Shown here in pieces: positions 1-11,600 of a DNA stretch of 64,000 bases (position 1 is the first letter of the stretch; each line of letters starts with the position of its first letter). Location of the stretch: positions 124,001-188,000 of the forward strand of contig CBFFRQ010000039.1 in assembly GCA_965644315.1 (NCBI GenBank). The letters run 5' to 3'. Origin of the DNA: Caecitellus pseudoparvulus. Lineage: Eukaryota > Protista > Bigyra: Bicosoecida. Made by a program: the position numbers and the translations under genes. The notes beneath the pieces were generated by a model, which did no database searches, was not told where the DNA came from, and saw only the letters and a program-made list of their open reading frames with translations.

Positions 1-227
1 GCCAATCCGCTTCGCATGACGCCGGACGGCTGCTGAGAGCGGAGAAATGGCGCCTACACACGGCCTTGACACCCCGCTTGTAACTATGTGCATGATTTCG
101 AAGTCTTGATGTATGGATTTGAGCGCAGGCCTAGAGTGCGTCGGGGAGAGGCGCTGCCGCCCTCCCAGCACACCTGCGCCTCTGTACGCGCAGCGCAGAC
201 AGGCCATGCAGACGGCACACAGGTGCA

Positions 228-908
228 TCAGCCCAGAGGTGGGCCAGTTGGAGGCGCTCCGACAGGGGGCGCACCCGTCGCAACAGGCGCCTTGGGCTGC
301 TGCCCCCCGATGGGCGCCACAGCGTAGGCAGGCCGAATGCTGCCGCCGCCAGTGGGTGCACCAGCAGGCACATGGCCGGTATGAGGGGGGGCGGTGGTGG
401 GGGGGGGTGTGCCACTGGAGGAGGGGGGTGCGCCACTCCCCCCCGAGCTTGGACCTGCCCCCTCGCCCCCACCGTGCGTGTTGCCGTACTTGGCCCCTCG
501 ATCTGCATGCCCCGCAGTGGAGTAGAAACCGTCGTCCACAGGCACGTACCGTGCTGCTGGTGCCTTGGCCTTCCGGGTTCCAGCTCCCTGCCCGCTCACA
601 GCAGAGGCAGTGGCGGGCGAGAAGAAAGCCACTGGAGGGGGCGCGCCACCAGTGGCTGAGGTGCTCACTGGGGCTGGTGCGCTGCCAGGCGCCGTGGTAG
701 GGACCTGCCCATCGTGAGGTGCGGGGCTTTGCTGCACCGGCTGGGATGCATGGCCACTCTCTGCCGCCAGCTGGCGAGCATACACCGACGCGTACGGGTC
801 AGCAGCGGCCTGGTTCGACTGGGACGCAGGGGCCTTGTCTGGCGGCGGAGGCGCCACTGTATCTTGGAAGCTCTTCCACGCATCGCCAAGCGACTGGAGG
901 AAGGACAT
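228..908 (-). CDS. Hypothetical Pro/Gly/Ala-rich low-complexity protein (226 aa)
   Basis: ATG-initiated ORF with an amphipathic N-terminus (MSFLQSLGDAWKSFQDTVAP) followed by disordered sequence. It is divergent from the gene starting at 1123. No family recognised. Confidence 0.6.
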   Translation of the reverse strand: MSFLQSLGDAWKSFQDTVAPPPPDKAPASQSNQAAADPYASVYARQLAAESGHASQPVQQSPAPHDGQVPTTAPGSAPAPVSTSATGGAPPPVAFFSPATASAVSGQGAGTRKAKAPAARYVPVDDGFYSTAGHADRGAKYGNTHGGGEGAGPSSGGSGAPPSSSGTPPPTTAPPHTGHVPAGAPTGGGSIRPAYAVAPIGGQQPKAPVATGAPPVGAPPTGPPLG

Positions 909-1122
909 GCTGAGCTGGAACCTGGCTGCACTGCTTCAAAAGCTGAGGAGGACAGCGTGAGCAGGAAACGCTCGTGAAACGCAGACCCAGCGAGACCTCT
1001 GCGCAGCCACGCAGGGGACAAAGGCCAACAAACTGCGGCTCACTCATTGAATTGTGTGTGAGGCAGAGAGGCAGCCTTTTATAAAGTGTCCTGGGCCGGA
1101 TTCACGTGGGAGCAGGCGAAGC

Positions 1123-3726
1123 ATGGCGTTGACTGCAAGCCACACACCTGCACACACCTCTGGCACTCGCCCAGGCCAAGGCGGCCTGGTGCGGCACCTC
1201 TTCGATAGCCATGCAAGTGGCTTCCCCACCTCTGCAATTCAGAGCTTCAAGGGCTGGTGAGGTGCAGTGCGGAGCTGCCGTTGAGACAGCAAGCCAGGCA
1301 ACGCCACCCCTCACGCTTCACAGGGAAGCGTTCATGCAGGATTTACTTGACCATGGTGTAATTTACGATGCAGACATAGGATTCCTTGCTGACTGCTGGG
1401 TGCGTCGAGCGAGGCAGCGTGCCAGGGGCCGGCGCACGGCTGCACAGTCTGGGACGCTCAATTTCCGCAGCGCACGCTGACGGCCGAATCAGACGGCCTC
1501 TCATGGGCCGCCTTCATGCACCACGTGAAGGAACACATGAAAGCAGAGAGTCCGGCATTCGTAGCGTTCCTGCAGGCCAAGGACATTGCGGAGCGTGCGC
1601 TGGCCGACGTGCAGGCTCTGGCGGGCGCCCACCCACCGCTTGCGAAGCTGCCTGCGCCCGGCACCCCCCTGCCGTGGCAGCTGGAGGCCGTGCTCCCGAC
1701 ACCAGAGAAGCTGCAGATGCTGCACCAGACGGAGGCCGCGACACGCACTGCCCTGGCGGCCGTGGCTGACGCGTGTGAGCAGCGAGTGCAGCAGCGCAGC
1801 GCCGAGCACTTGTTGCTGGGCCCGCTGGCGGCAGTTGGCGGCGGGGCGCTGCAGCCCATCCCCACGCCGCTGCAGTTCATGGTGGGCAATGCCCGTGCCA
1901 TCCACGCCCGCCTGCAGCGCCTGCGTGTGTCGCCCCGTGTGGTGGAGTGGGCCCATCTCCTCTGGCCCAGGGACGAAGAAGCACTGGCACCACTCAACCA
2001 CGCTGCGCCAGTGGCCAGGACGGCCCTAGCACCCCCTCGCATGGGAGGCGCAGCCTTCATCCAGGAGTGGGTGGCATTTCACAGCGCTGAGCGGCCGGTG
2101 GCGCAGGGGGGATCCATGTCGCGGCGGCCCCCCCCGCACCCCCTTGGCAGAGCGGTCCATGCAGCACTGCAGTCACATGGCGCAGTGGCGCAGTACGGCA
2201 CACGCAAGGACATGACGGCCACAGCAGCAGCAGAGGCAGCACTGCCATTCGAACTTGAGTGTGTCACGCTGCCTGGCACCGCGGTGACTCCTGCGGCTGC
2301 TGCGTTGTCGCGGAACATGCACGCGCTGCAGCAACTGACTCTGAGTGAGTACTTTCCCGACTACTGCGGACACAGCTGCCGCCACGGGCACACGTGCCAC
2401 CTGGTGGAGTACACAGGGGGGCTTTCTCTCGCCCAGCACCTGTCCACGCCCCTGCCCAGCATCCGTGCCGCCAGCGCACCCACCCCCCAGTGGGTCGCTG
2501 CCATCACATCGCTGGAGCGAACCTCCGACACGTCACGCACCGCCCTGGCCCAACTGCAAGACAGCGCCCTGCAGGCACTGGGCTCCACGGCTGCCCTGGG
2601 TCGGACGGGGCGTCTGGCAGCTGGCGTGGTGGGGGGGCAGTCCTGCAGCATCGCCGGGTCTCTGTGTGAGTCACAGGCGCTGTTCCGGTGGGTGGCGGGG
2701 CATGTGTGCCGCGCTCTGGCAGATGTCTTGACCCACACCTGCTACACGCTGCGCCAGCCGCTGACAGTGGACAATGTGTTCCTGTCAGAGGGCGGAACAC
2801 GAGTCACCCTGGGTGGCATTCCGTGGGGCGACCCCCTCCCCGCCCACGCCAGCCCAGCCCTGCTGCGGCAGCGAGGGGACGTGCTCCTGGCGTCACTGGG
2901 CAACATCCTGGCGGGTATGTTGGGGGGGGACGACGTCCAGCACGAAGGGGGGGCTGTGGAGGATGCGCCCACTCGCGTAGTGACTCGATCCGGCGCAGCG
3001 GAAGGCCTCGTCATGCGGTGCAAGGAGCGGGTGCTGCTGGCCCTGCCCTGGGATGCTGCGGGGGTGTTCGTGTGGAGCACTCCCACCGTGGCAGGGGGGC
3101 ACGATGGAGACAAAGCCCCCCCCCTCACCCCCTCGCCCCTCCAACTGTACGATGCGCATGGGCAGCTGGTGCACTGTGCGGAGTCAGGTGCCGCCCCACG
3201 CACCTGGGCTGATTGGCGGGCAGACACGGGCGTGTCGGCAGACCTGGCCCTCATGCCCCTCACTGCCGCGCAGACGCCCGGAACCGGAACACTGTTGCTG
3301 TTCCACCACGCAGCGGGGGACACCCTGCCCGACACGCCTGCCTTGGTCGTGCCAGTCACGGTGCACAGCCCAGCTCGCTCGGCGGCCCTGCAAGCCATCC
3401 TGCAGCTGGCGCAGAGCGCTGAGCGCCGGCTACGGGGCACCACGTACGCCGCCAAGGGGCCCTCCCACACACCCGCCACATCACCGTATGCCCAAGCAGC
3501 GGCAGCGCTAGGGCTGTCGTTGCCGGGAGAGGCAGGTGGCCGTGGCGCAGCAGCTGCCGGTGGGGCTGCCACTGACGCCGTGCATGTGGGCTCCCTCGTG
3601 CACCACCCCTACTTCGACACGTCTGCGCTGCAGCACGCGGCCGTGGTGGATGACTACGCTCGCCACTTCCACATGGCGCGACAAGTGGCTAGTGGGCTGG
3701 GTGGCGTCTCCGCCACCTTGCAGTAG
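1123..3726 (+). CDS. Protein with a degenerate protein-kinase-like fold (putative pseudokinase), 3 exons
   Basis: Exons 1123-1256, 1324-1399 and 1471-3726. Introns 1257-1323 (GTGAGG..CAG, 67 nt) and 1400-1470 (GTGCGT..CAG, 71 nt) join three ORFs in frame. Kinase-like remnants occur in order: HLVEYTGGLSLAQHL, LRQPLTVDNVFLSEGGTRVTLGG, SLVHHPYF. Confidence 0.7.
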
Positions 3727-4059
3727 CGAGGCACAGACTGTCTTGGTTTGGGAATCCAGTGTCGGGGGAATGCTGTCGGCTGAGCGAATTGATTCGTGTG
3801 GCAATGCACAGCTTGTCGGGGGACACTCTTTACATGCACGGCTCAATCGAACTGCTGGTGCCGGTTTCGCTGGGAAAGGCACACAGGCTTAACATGTGCA
3901 AATCAATAGTGCATTCACAATTTAGAAAGGAAACGCAAACCAACCCGCCCAAATAGTGCTTCCAGATAAAGTACTAACCTCAAACTTGCTCTGCGGAGCC
4001 TTGGTCTCCGCTTGTGCTCGCTTTTGCACCCGCCCCCGACGTGCGGAAACTGGTTGAGC

Positions 4060-4611
4060 ATGGCGCAGCAGCAAGGCAAGGCTGGCCCTGTGTGCGCCCA
4101 CGTGGACCCCTTCGCGATGGACGGCTTGTCCATGTCAGTGCCCCAGGGCACACTTGGTGTGACGCCATGGGGGGTCAGCGCCTCTGCCTTTGGCAGCGAC
4201 AGCCTGAGCAGTGCGAGCGTGGCCTCCGAGCAGCACCAGCGACCTGAGCAATGGCAGCCAAGGGGCAAGACACAGCGCCCCTCCCAGCCACCCCGGACCA
4301 CACAGGAGGCCGCCTCCCAGACAGACGTATGCATTCCGCTTTCGCCCACAGGCGATGCCATGTGGGCTGCTGCCCTGTCTGCGTTGGCTGTGGCGGGCAA
4401 GGAGGCTGTGGAACCCCAGGCGCTGGCGCCGTGCACCAGCGCCAACACAGCAGTGTCCCTCAGCGCCCAGCCCACAGCGCCACCTGCACTACACGAAGAA
4501 GGTGCATTGCAGCAGCTGCGCCAGCTGCAGGACGAAGCGGCTGGGCTGCTGACTCGACTGCAGGCGCGCCGTCGGCGAGTCAGCCCTCACCAACGCCTCG
4601 CTCAGACTTGA
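4060..4611 (+). CDS. Hypothetical protein with a short C-terminal coiled coil
   Basis: First ATG at 4060 (MAQQQGKAG...). The ORF ends ALQQLRQLQDEAAGLLTRLQARRRR...* and fills the gap between neighbours. No homology recognised. Confidence 0.45.
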   Translation: MAQQQGKAGPVCAHVDPFAMDGLSMSVPQGTLGVTPWGVSASAFGSDSLSSASVASEQHQRPEQWQPRGKTQRPSQPPRTTQEAASQTDVCIPLSPTGDAMWAAALSALAVAGKEAVEPQALAPCTSANTAVSLSAQPTAPPALHEEGALQQLRQLQDEAAGLLTRLQARRRRVSPHQRLAQT

Positions 4612-7088
4612 GCTCTGCCAGCTGCCGCTTGAGCGCCAGATACTCAGCTTGCGTCGCCTGCTGAGCAGCACGCAGGCGTGCGTTCACCGTCTCCAGACGC
4701 GCCACCTCGCCGTACTTGAGCAGGCGCATGTTCTTGACGCTTTCGTGCAGTTTGGCAGCGAGGGTGTTCCGCTCCTGCGTCACGGCAGACAGGGCTGTCT
4801 CCAGCGCCCCCTTGGCGTCCAGCACCTCCCCCAGGCGGCTGCTGAGCAGGTCCATGCTGGCACGTGCATCTCGCATGCCTTGCTGGGAAGCCAGCAGACC
4901 CTCCTCCAGCTGCCGGATGCGGGGGCCGAACCAGGCCTTGTACAGGGCCAGCTCCCGCGTCAAGCTGCGGTTGCTGTCTCGCAGCTGGGCGTTGGTGTCA
5001 GATAGGTGCCCCACCTGTGTCAGCAGTGCTGCCCGCTGCGCTGACACATCTTGCAGTTCTTCCGAGGCGGAACGCAGGCGCATGACGGCCTCGTCAAGCC
5101 GAACACCCAGCACGAACAACTGGCTAGCCGTGGCGGACACGGCCGTGACACGAGCAGAGGACTGCCGTGCGTCTGTGGCGTCAGGTGTCCCCTCTGCTGA
5201 GGCGACAGGCAGCGTGGCCTCGCTGGGGGAGGCCCCCCCCACACCGCGAGGCTGAGGCCTGTCCTCCCGCCGTCCCCTGCGCCAGCGGGGCTGGGACAAG
5301 TCACGCGGCACCTCTGACGTCACACTGCCCCCCTCCTCATCCCCGCTCTCGTCCAGCATGCCCACGTACGGCCGCGCATCTCCGCTCCGCCCCGCCAGCT
5401 GGCTGCCTCGCACGTGAGGCACGTGCACGCCAGACAGCGCGTGGCGCAACACACGCAGCTGTGCCTGCAGCTCTCCACAGCGAACTTCGCTGGCGCGCAG
5501 CTTGCCTTGCAGGTCCAGCACGGCCTGGGCCTGCTGAGAGGAAGGGCGCCCCGCCCCCCCCCCCGCCGCCTCTGCCGCCGCGCCTGCCATGCGTGCCTGG
5601 CGCAGGTGACCCTCCAGCTCCAGGAAGCCCCCTGCCAGAGACATGAAGCGCCGCATGGCGGCAGAGGCCTTGAATCGCAGGATGGAGCCTGTCGCGGGGG
5701 TTGCCCGGATGATGCCGGTGGTGTCTGGGGCCGTCTGTTCCGCGAGAACACTGTGCACTGTGCGGGCCATGGCAGAGGGCGGCGCGTCCACTCCCCGGTA
5801 CGCCAGGTGGTTATTGCGGCGGTGGGGTGCTGTGGGGTCGTTCACGACGGGTGTGGGGGGTGGGGCTTCGTCGCCCGCCTGACCCCCCCCTACACCCCCC
5901 TGCAGCCCCATGCTGCGCTCCAGTTCCCCCTTGCGAATGAGCAGGAAACGACACAGCTCCACCATCAAGTGCTCCTTCAGCGCCAGCAGCTGCGTGATGG
6001 CGCCAAAGTCAAAAGAGATGGTGGGGGGCCCCCCTGCACCCCCCTCAGGCTCCAGACCCCGCTTCAGCTCCGCAGGCTGCGTCAGCACGCTGCTGCCCTG
6101 CATGCGAGACAGCAGCGCTTCGTCCTGGGCTGCCTGGCGCTGGGCGAAAGGGTCCCCCAGCGTCTCCTGCAGGGCCCGTCGAGTGCCTGCCCTGCGCAGT
6201 GCGGCGACAGGGCCGCTGGGCAGGGCCATCTTGGCAGGGGTGAGGGTGGCTGGGCGCAGTGCGGCGCGGTGCAAGGCGGCGCCACCGGGTTGTGAGGCGA
6301 GGGCTGTGAGGGAGGGGAGGGGTGCCTGGGCGGCGCTGTCTGCGTGTGCCTTGATGCGGGCGGTGGAGGTGGCGGTGTGACGGATGGAGGGGGGGTGTGG
6401 GCGGCGGCTCCCACCCCCCTGGCCACCCCCCGGCGCCGCCACCTCCACGCTGATGCTCTGCAGCTTCGTCTCCAGGTCCACCGTGAAGTCAGCCCACTGC
6501 CGCACGGGGTTGAAGAGCTCCTGTCCCCCGGCGGTGTACGGGTATGCCCCCGCCACAGCGGCGGAGAGGTCTGCCGCCGAAGCAGCCGATGCCGCAGCCA
6601 CCGCCTCGGCTCGGCGTGCCTCCTCCTGGCGTTGGGCCTCCTTCTGGCCCGGGATGAGCACGTGGCGAGACAGGAGGTGGTGCAGACACCGAATGTCTGC
6701 CTTGGTCGTCTCAATGAACGCCTTCAAATACTGCGACACCAGCGCGGTGGGTGTGGGTGCCGTGCGGGGGGAGCGCGTCGCCTGCGACTGTACGCCTGCG
6801 CCGCACCTTCCGTTGCCGGGTGAGGGCCCCCTCCCGCAGCAACTGCTTGACATCGTCCCGTGTGCGCAGCACTCGTGCATACTCCAGCTGGCGCCCCACT
6901 GCCGCTGCCAGGGAGTCCACGTCGCCCTGAAAGGCGCCCACCTGACGTCGCAGCGACTCGTCACTGTACCCCCCAAACGAGCCATCCTCCAGCGCGGCAT
7001 GGGCTTGTCCCAAGCGCTGTCGCAGCCCCTCCACAGCCGGCAAACGCAGTGCACCATGGGGCCCAGCCGAGTCCGCACTGCTTGCCAT
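4580..7088 (-). CDS. Coiled-coil protein of unknown function, 2 exons
   Basis: Exon 1 (7088-6807, MASSADS...RQRK) splices in frame through intron 6731-6806 (GTGCGG..CAG, 76 nt) to YLKAFIETTKADIRCLHHLL. The C-terminal ~170 aa are heptad-rich. Confidence 0.75.
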
Positions 7089-7287
7089 GCTGTGTGGTCA
7101 GCTGCCTGCCCCGGACCACTTGTGCTGGTGCTTGCCTTGGCAGGTGGCAGTTGAGCGGGCACCAGGCCTGTGCAGGGAAATGCACCCGAACGCAGTTACC
7201 CTGCAGGACTGCACGCATGGGGCGTCACGGAAGAGTAAATTTGTGCACCGTGGCGGAAGGTTTGCGGCAAATCCCGCCCCCCCCCCT

Positions 7288-8572
7288 TCACAGCCGGATG
7301 TGTGTCGCACCGCCATCCACGCTGTACTCACACCCCGTGATGAAGGCAGCCTCGTCACTGATCAAGAACAGCACCAATGCCGCCACCTCCCGCGGCTCAG
7401 CCATGCGCCCCAGCGGGTGGTACGCCCCCAGGCGCTGCAGCTGGGCGGCCTCTTGCCCTGGGTACACACGCTGCAAGTACTGGTCCATGAGGCTGGTGTG
7501 CACGCGGCCAGGTAGCACGACGTTGCACCGGATGCCAGCTGCTGCGTAGTCTGCTGCCACGCTGCGCGTCATGGCGTTGATGGCGCCACTGCTCATGCTG
7601 TAGGCCAAGCGCTCAGACATGCCCACAGCTGCGGAGATGGAGCCCATGTTGATGATGACGCCACGGCTGCGTGGGCTGTGGGCAGTGGGGGAGTCGGTGC
7701 TGGGATAGGCGCTGGGGGCAGACTTGGAGGGGGCCTCCCCCCCTCGGCTTTGGGCGGGGGGGGCGGTGTCTGATGGCGCCGCCGCCGCGGCTGCCGCTGC
7801 CGTGTACTGCAGCGACCCACTATCTTGCTGCTTGGGCAGGTCGCTGGGCAACTGCTCCGTCGTGCTGCGTTGCAAGGCGTGTGGCTTGGCAGGCGGGCCA
7901 CTGTCGCTGGCGTCCATGGCGCTGGCAGCCTTGGAGAGGCCGGGTGACTCGGGGGCGGCCAGGTGAGGCAGGGCCAGCGGCTGCTCCAGCATGGCAGCCA
8001 CTGCCGCCTTCATACACAGGAAGGTGCCCTTTACGTTGACTTGGTACAGGGAGTCAAGCTCTGCAGTGGCAGTGCCGAGCAAGCTACCCACGCTGCCGAT
8101 GCCGGCGTTGTTCACGAGCACGTCCACGCGGCCGACAGACGTCAACACCGCGTTGAAAGCGCGGTATACTGACGTCTCGTCGGTGATGTCGCAGTGCATG
8201 GGCGTGGCGGTGTACAGGCTGCCCTCCCGCTGCGCCGTCGTGTTGAGCTCCTGTGCCGTGCTCTGCACTGCGCCCCACTGCACGTCCAGCAGGAACACCA
8301 TGCCGCCTTTGGCCTGCAGCAGCGCCGCCACAGTCTTGCCAATGCCAGTTGCTGCTCCTGTCACGATGCAGACTTTGTCTGCAGCACCGGGGGAGGGAGG
8401 GGCGGGCAGGTGACGGAGCGGAAATTGCATGGTCTGCCGAAGCCCGCAAGGGCTCACGGGAGATGTCAAAGGAGCCAAAGGCGGCGGCAGGGGACTTCGG
8501 CGACGTAGATGTGGCTCGAATTGCTGGCTGGGGAGAATGCCCACCCCAAGCAGCTCCATGCGGCCATGCCAT
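7288..8572 (-). CDS. Classical short-chain dehydrogenase/reductase, bacterial sugar-acid dehydrogenase-like, 2 exons
   Basis: Intron 8379-8457 (GTGAGC..CAG, 79 nt) gives FDISHKVCIVTGAATGIG (TGxxxGIG). Other motifs: VDVLVNNAG, IINMGS, YSMSS at the YxxxK position, GIRCNVVLPG, HPLGRMAEPREVA and FITGCEYSVDGG. Confidence 0.9.
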
Positions 8573-8680
8573 CAGGGCACACTAATTGCCTCACGGTTTG
8601 CACACGCCCGAAGCGGGACAGAGGCGCAGCCAAGGCGAGGGATGGCAAGCAGGGTTCATTCTCGGGTGGCGGACTGATTG

Positions 8681-11600
8681 TTATTTCGTACCCCCAACAC
8701 TGCGCCCTGAAGTCGACTCACGCTGTGGCCCCTTGAGGTGCTCCTGGCGGGGCTTGAGTCTGCGCTGCGCTGCTGCTCGCAGGCCACTCCATGCGCCCGA
8801 CACCTGCTGCACATCTGCCACGGCCAAGGGAGTGGGGCTCGCCAGGGGACACATGCTGGACACTCTGCAGTCCAGGCTGGTGCCCACCGCCGAGCCTGCC
8901 GCTTCCAGCGCCGCTGAGAGGGCCAGCCGTAGAGGCAGCACGCTGGCGTTGGCAGAGTGTACTGCGTTCAGCAGCGCTGTGACTCCCGCCTCCCCACTGG
9001 CCTGGTGCTGGCCCTCTGCGCCGCCTTCCTCCCCACGCAACAACCCATTTGCCCGAGCAAGGGCTGCACGGGTGGCTTCGTTCTGCTCCCGCAGCGCCGC
9101 TATGGCCGCCGCAGTCTCCTGCCCCTGCCGCTGCAGCGCTGCTTGCAGTGACCCGGCTGCCTCCTGCGCCCGGGCCAACGCTCGAGCTTGAGCAGTGGAG
9201 GCAGCCAGACGCTGGCTGAGCTGCTCCGTGCGCAGGTTTGCTTGTCGCGTCAGTTCCTCCTGCTGCTTCAGAGCCTGTGCAGTTTCCGCATGCGCCTCGT
9301 GCGCCACGGACAGCGACGTCAGAGCTGCCTCTGTCCGCCGCACCTTGCGCACTGCATCCAGCACGCCCTGCACCCAGGTGGGCACGGCGCTTGAGTGGGT
9401 GAAGGCAGGCTCGTCACGCTCCTGACTTGCCAGCGCTGGTTGTGCTGACAGCACTGTGCACGGCTGCAGAGCGTCACGCATTTCCGCCGCAGCGGTGTGT
9501 GCGCCGCCCAGTGCGGCAGATGCAGCCGCCAGGGTGGAGGTGACGCCCTGCCACAGTGACTCGTCCATAATTGGTTCGTCCTCGCTGCCTTCGTCGTCGG
9601 ACACCCAGCCCTCTCCGGGCGGCTGTTCGGCCGCCGCCACCTCCGCCGCCTGAGCTGCTGCACGTGCCTCTCGCACAGCGCCCTCGACGCTGACGAACAG
9701 GTCGTCGACGGCGTCTTCTGCGGCACGCAGTGCCTCTGCAAAGGCCTCCATGGCGGCGTGCGTGGCAGCAGTGTCGAAGGTGCCGCGGGCCACAGAGGCT
9801 GTGCGCGCGAGCGGCGCCAGCAGCAGGAACGGCGCCCAGTGTGGCGCCTGTGCCTCCTCACTGCCTGCCGCAGCCAGCAACGCCTGCACACTGCTGCGCA
9901 GAGCCCCCTCCTGGCCTGCGGTGGGAGCTGCATGCAGCATCTTGCAGTGCTGGGCGATGCAGCCGGGCAGCTCGCTGAGCTGTGGCGCAGTGGCCGCGGG
10001 CACGCCTTGGCCGCTGCTTGCACCGGCGTGCGTGGCGAGGGAGGTGGCACCCTCGCCAGCGATGTGGTGCACCGTGGACACGAGGCAGGCATGCAGGGCG
10101 GCGACATCGCTCTTGACCTGTCGCAGTGCCGCCAGGGGTGGCGCGTGGGGTGTCACGGCAGCCACCAGCGCGGCCGAGGCAGACACCTGCCCCCACAGAC
10201 CAGCGACACGGGAGCTGCCAGACAGCAGGCGGTGCGAAACTGTGCCTGCCAGCATGACTGGCAGGTCGGCGGCTGGCAAGGGTCCCAGTGGCGACGGCGT
10301 CAGTGGCAGGCGCAGTGCCAGGGAAGGTGGCGCGTCAGCTTCGCCGTCCCCTGTGGCGGGCGAGGCAACTGCCTCCACACACGACACATGCAGGCGGGCC
10401 GACGCCAGCAGCACGTCAGCCAGGGCGCTCCACACTGGCGCATCGCTCATGTCATGCACTGCCTGTGCAGCACTGGCAACGTTGGCGCCCGGCGCAAACA
10501 GCAGCACCGCCGGCCCTTCCGCTTCGCTTGCATGCCGCAGCAGTGGGCGCGCATCCTCGCCTCCACGCAGCAGGCACTGCAGTACCTGCCGCACGAGCGA
10601 CACCATGCGTTGCAAGGGGGCAGCGCCTTCGTCCATGAGTTTCTGCAGGGCCCCCGGCTTCACCTCCTGGCCGCCGGGGAACAGCCCTCCGCACACCAGC
10701 CCAGCGACGTGCAGCGCCACCTGCCCCGCGGCAGCCAGCAGGCGGCACACAGCCAGGCCACGCTGCATGTCCAGATAGGCAGGCGCAGCTTGTTCCCACA
10801 CTGCAGTGGGGGGCTCGGCGGAGCTGCTGAGCAGCAGGTGCACCCCGCCGCCCCCGCCACCACAGTGCGTCAGCACGTGCTGCTCAGCCTGACGTGTCGC
10901 TGCTGCCAACACGAGCGCGGGCTGCACCAGGGCCACCAGTGGGTGCAGGGCATGCTGCACGGGTTTGGGGACCAAGGCCCCGCCCAGGGGCGCTTCCCAT
11001 GCGGCAGGGGCCAAGGTGGTGTCAGCCTCTGCTGCCATCCACAACGCCGCAGCACTGCGCAGTGCAGCTTGCGACGTGAGGCCCGCAGACAGAATGCGGC
11101 GCATGCGGGCTTGACGCTCGGACTGGCTCTCGTGCGCAGTGCGCAGTTCAGTGGCGACTCGGCGGAAACGCGTGCGCAGTGACTCCAGCGCCACAGCATA
11201 CCGCCCAGCGGAAGTGCGAGCCTCAGCCTCCGCAGCACCCGCACGTGCGATGGCCTGCTGCAGCTGAGCTGAGCGTTCCCGTTCGGCGTGCAAGCAGCCT
11301 TGCAAGTGACGGATGCTCAGTGCCTGCTCCTGCTCAATGTCTTCCGTGGCTCGCAGCAGCGCACGTGTGTCTTGCAAAGTGGCCTTCACCGCCGCCAGAC
11401 GCTCCCCCAGCGCCAAGTTTTTGTCAGACAGCGCTTCCACCATGCTCTCATACGCAGAAGCCGCGTCCACGTACTCGTGCAGCTCCGCCATCTCTGCCTT
11501 CAACTCCGCCACTGTCCCCGCCGAGGCGGCAGCTTCCTGCCGCGCAGCGTCAGCCCCAGCCGCCGCAGTGGCCAACTCGTCCAAACGCCGCTCCAAGCTA

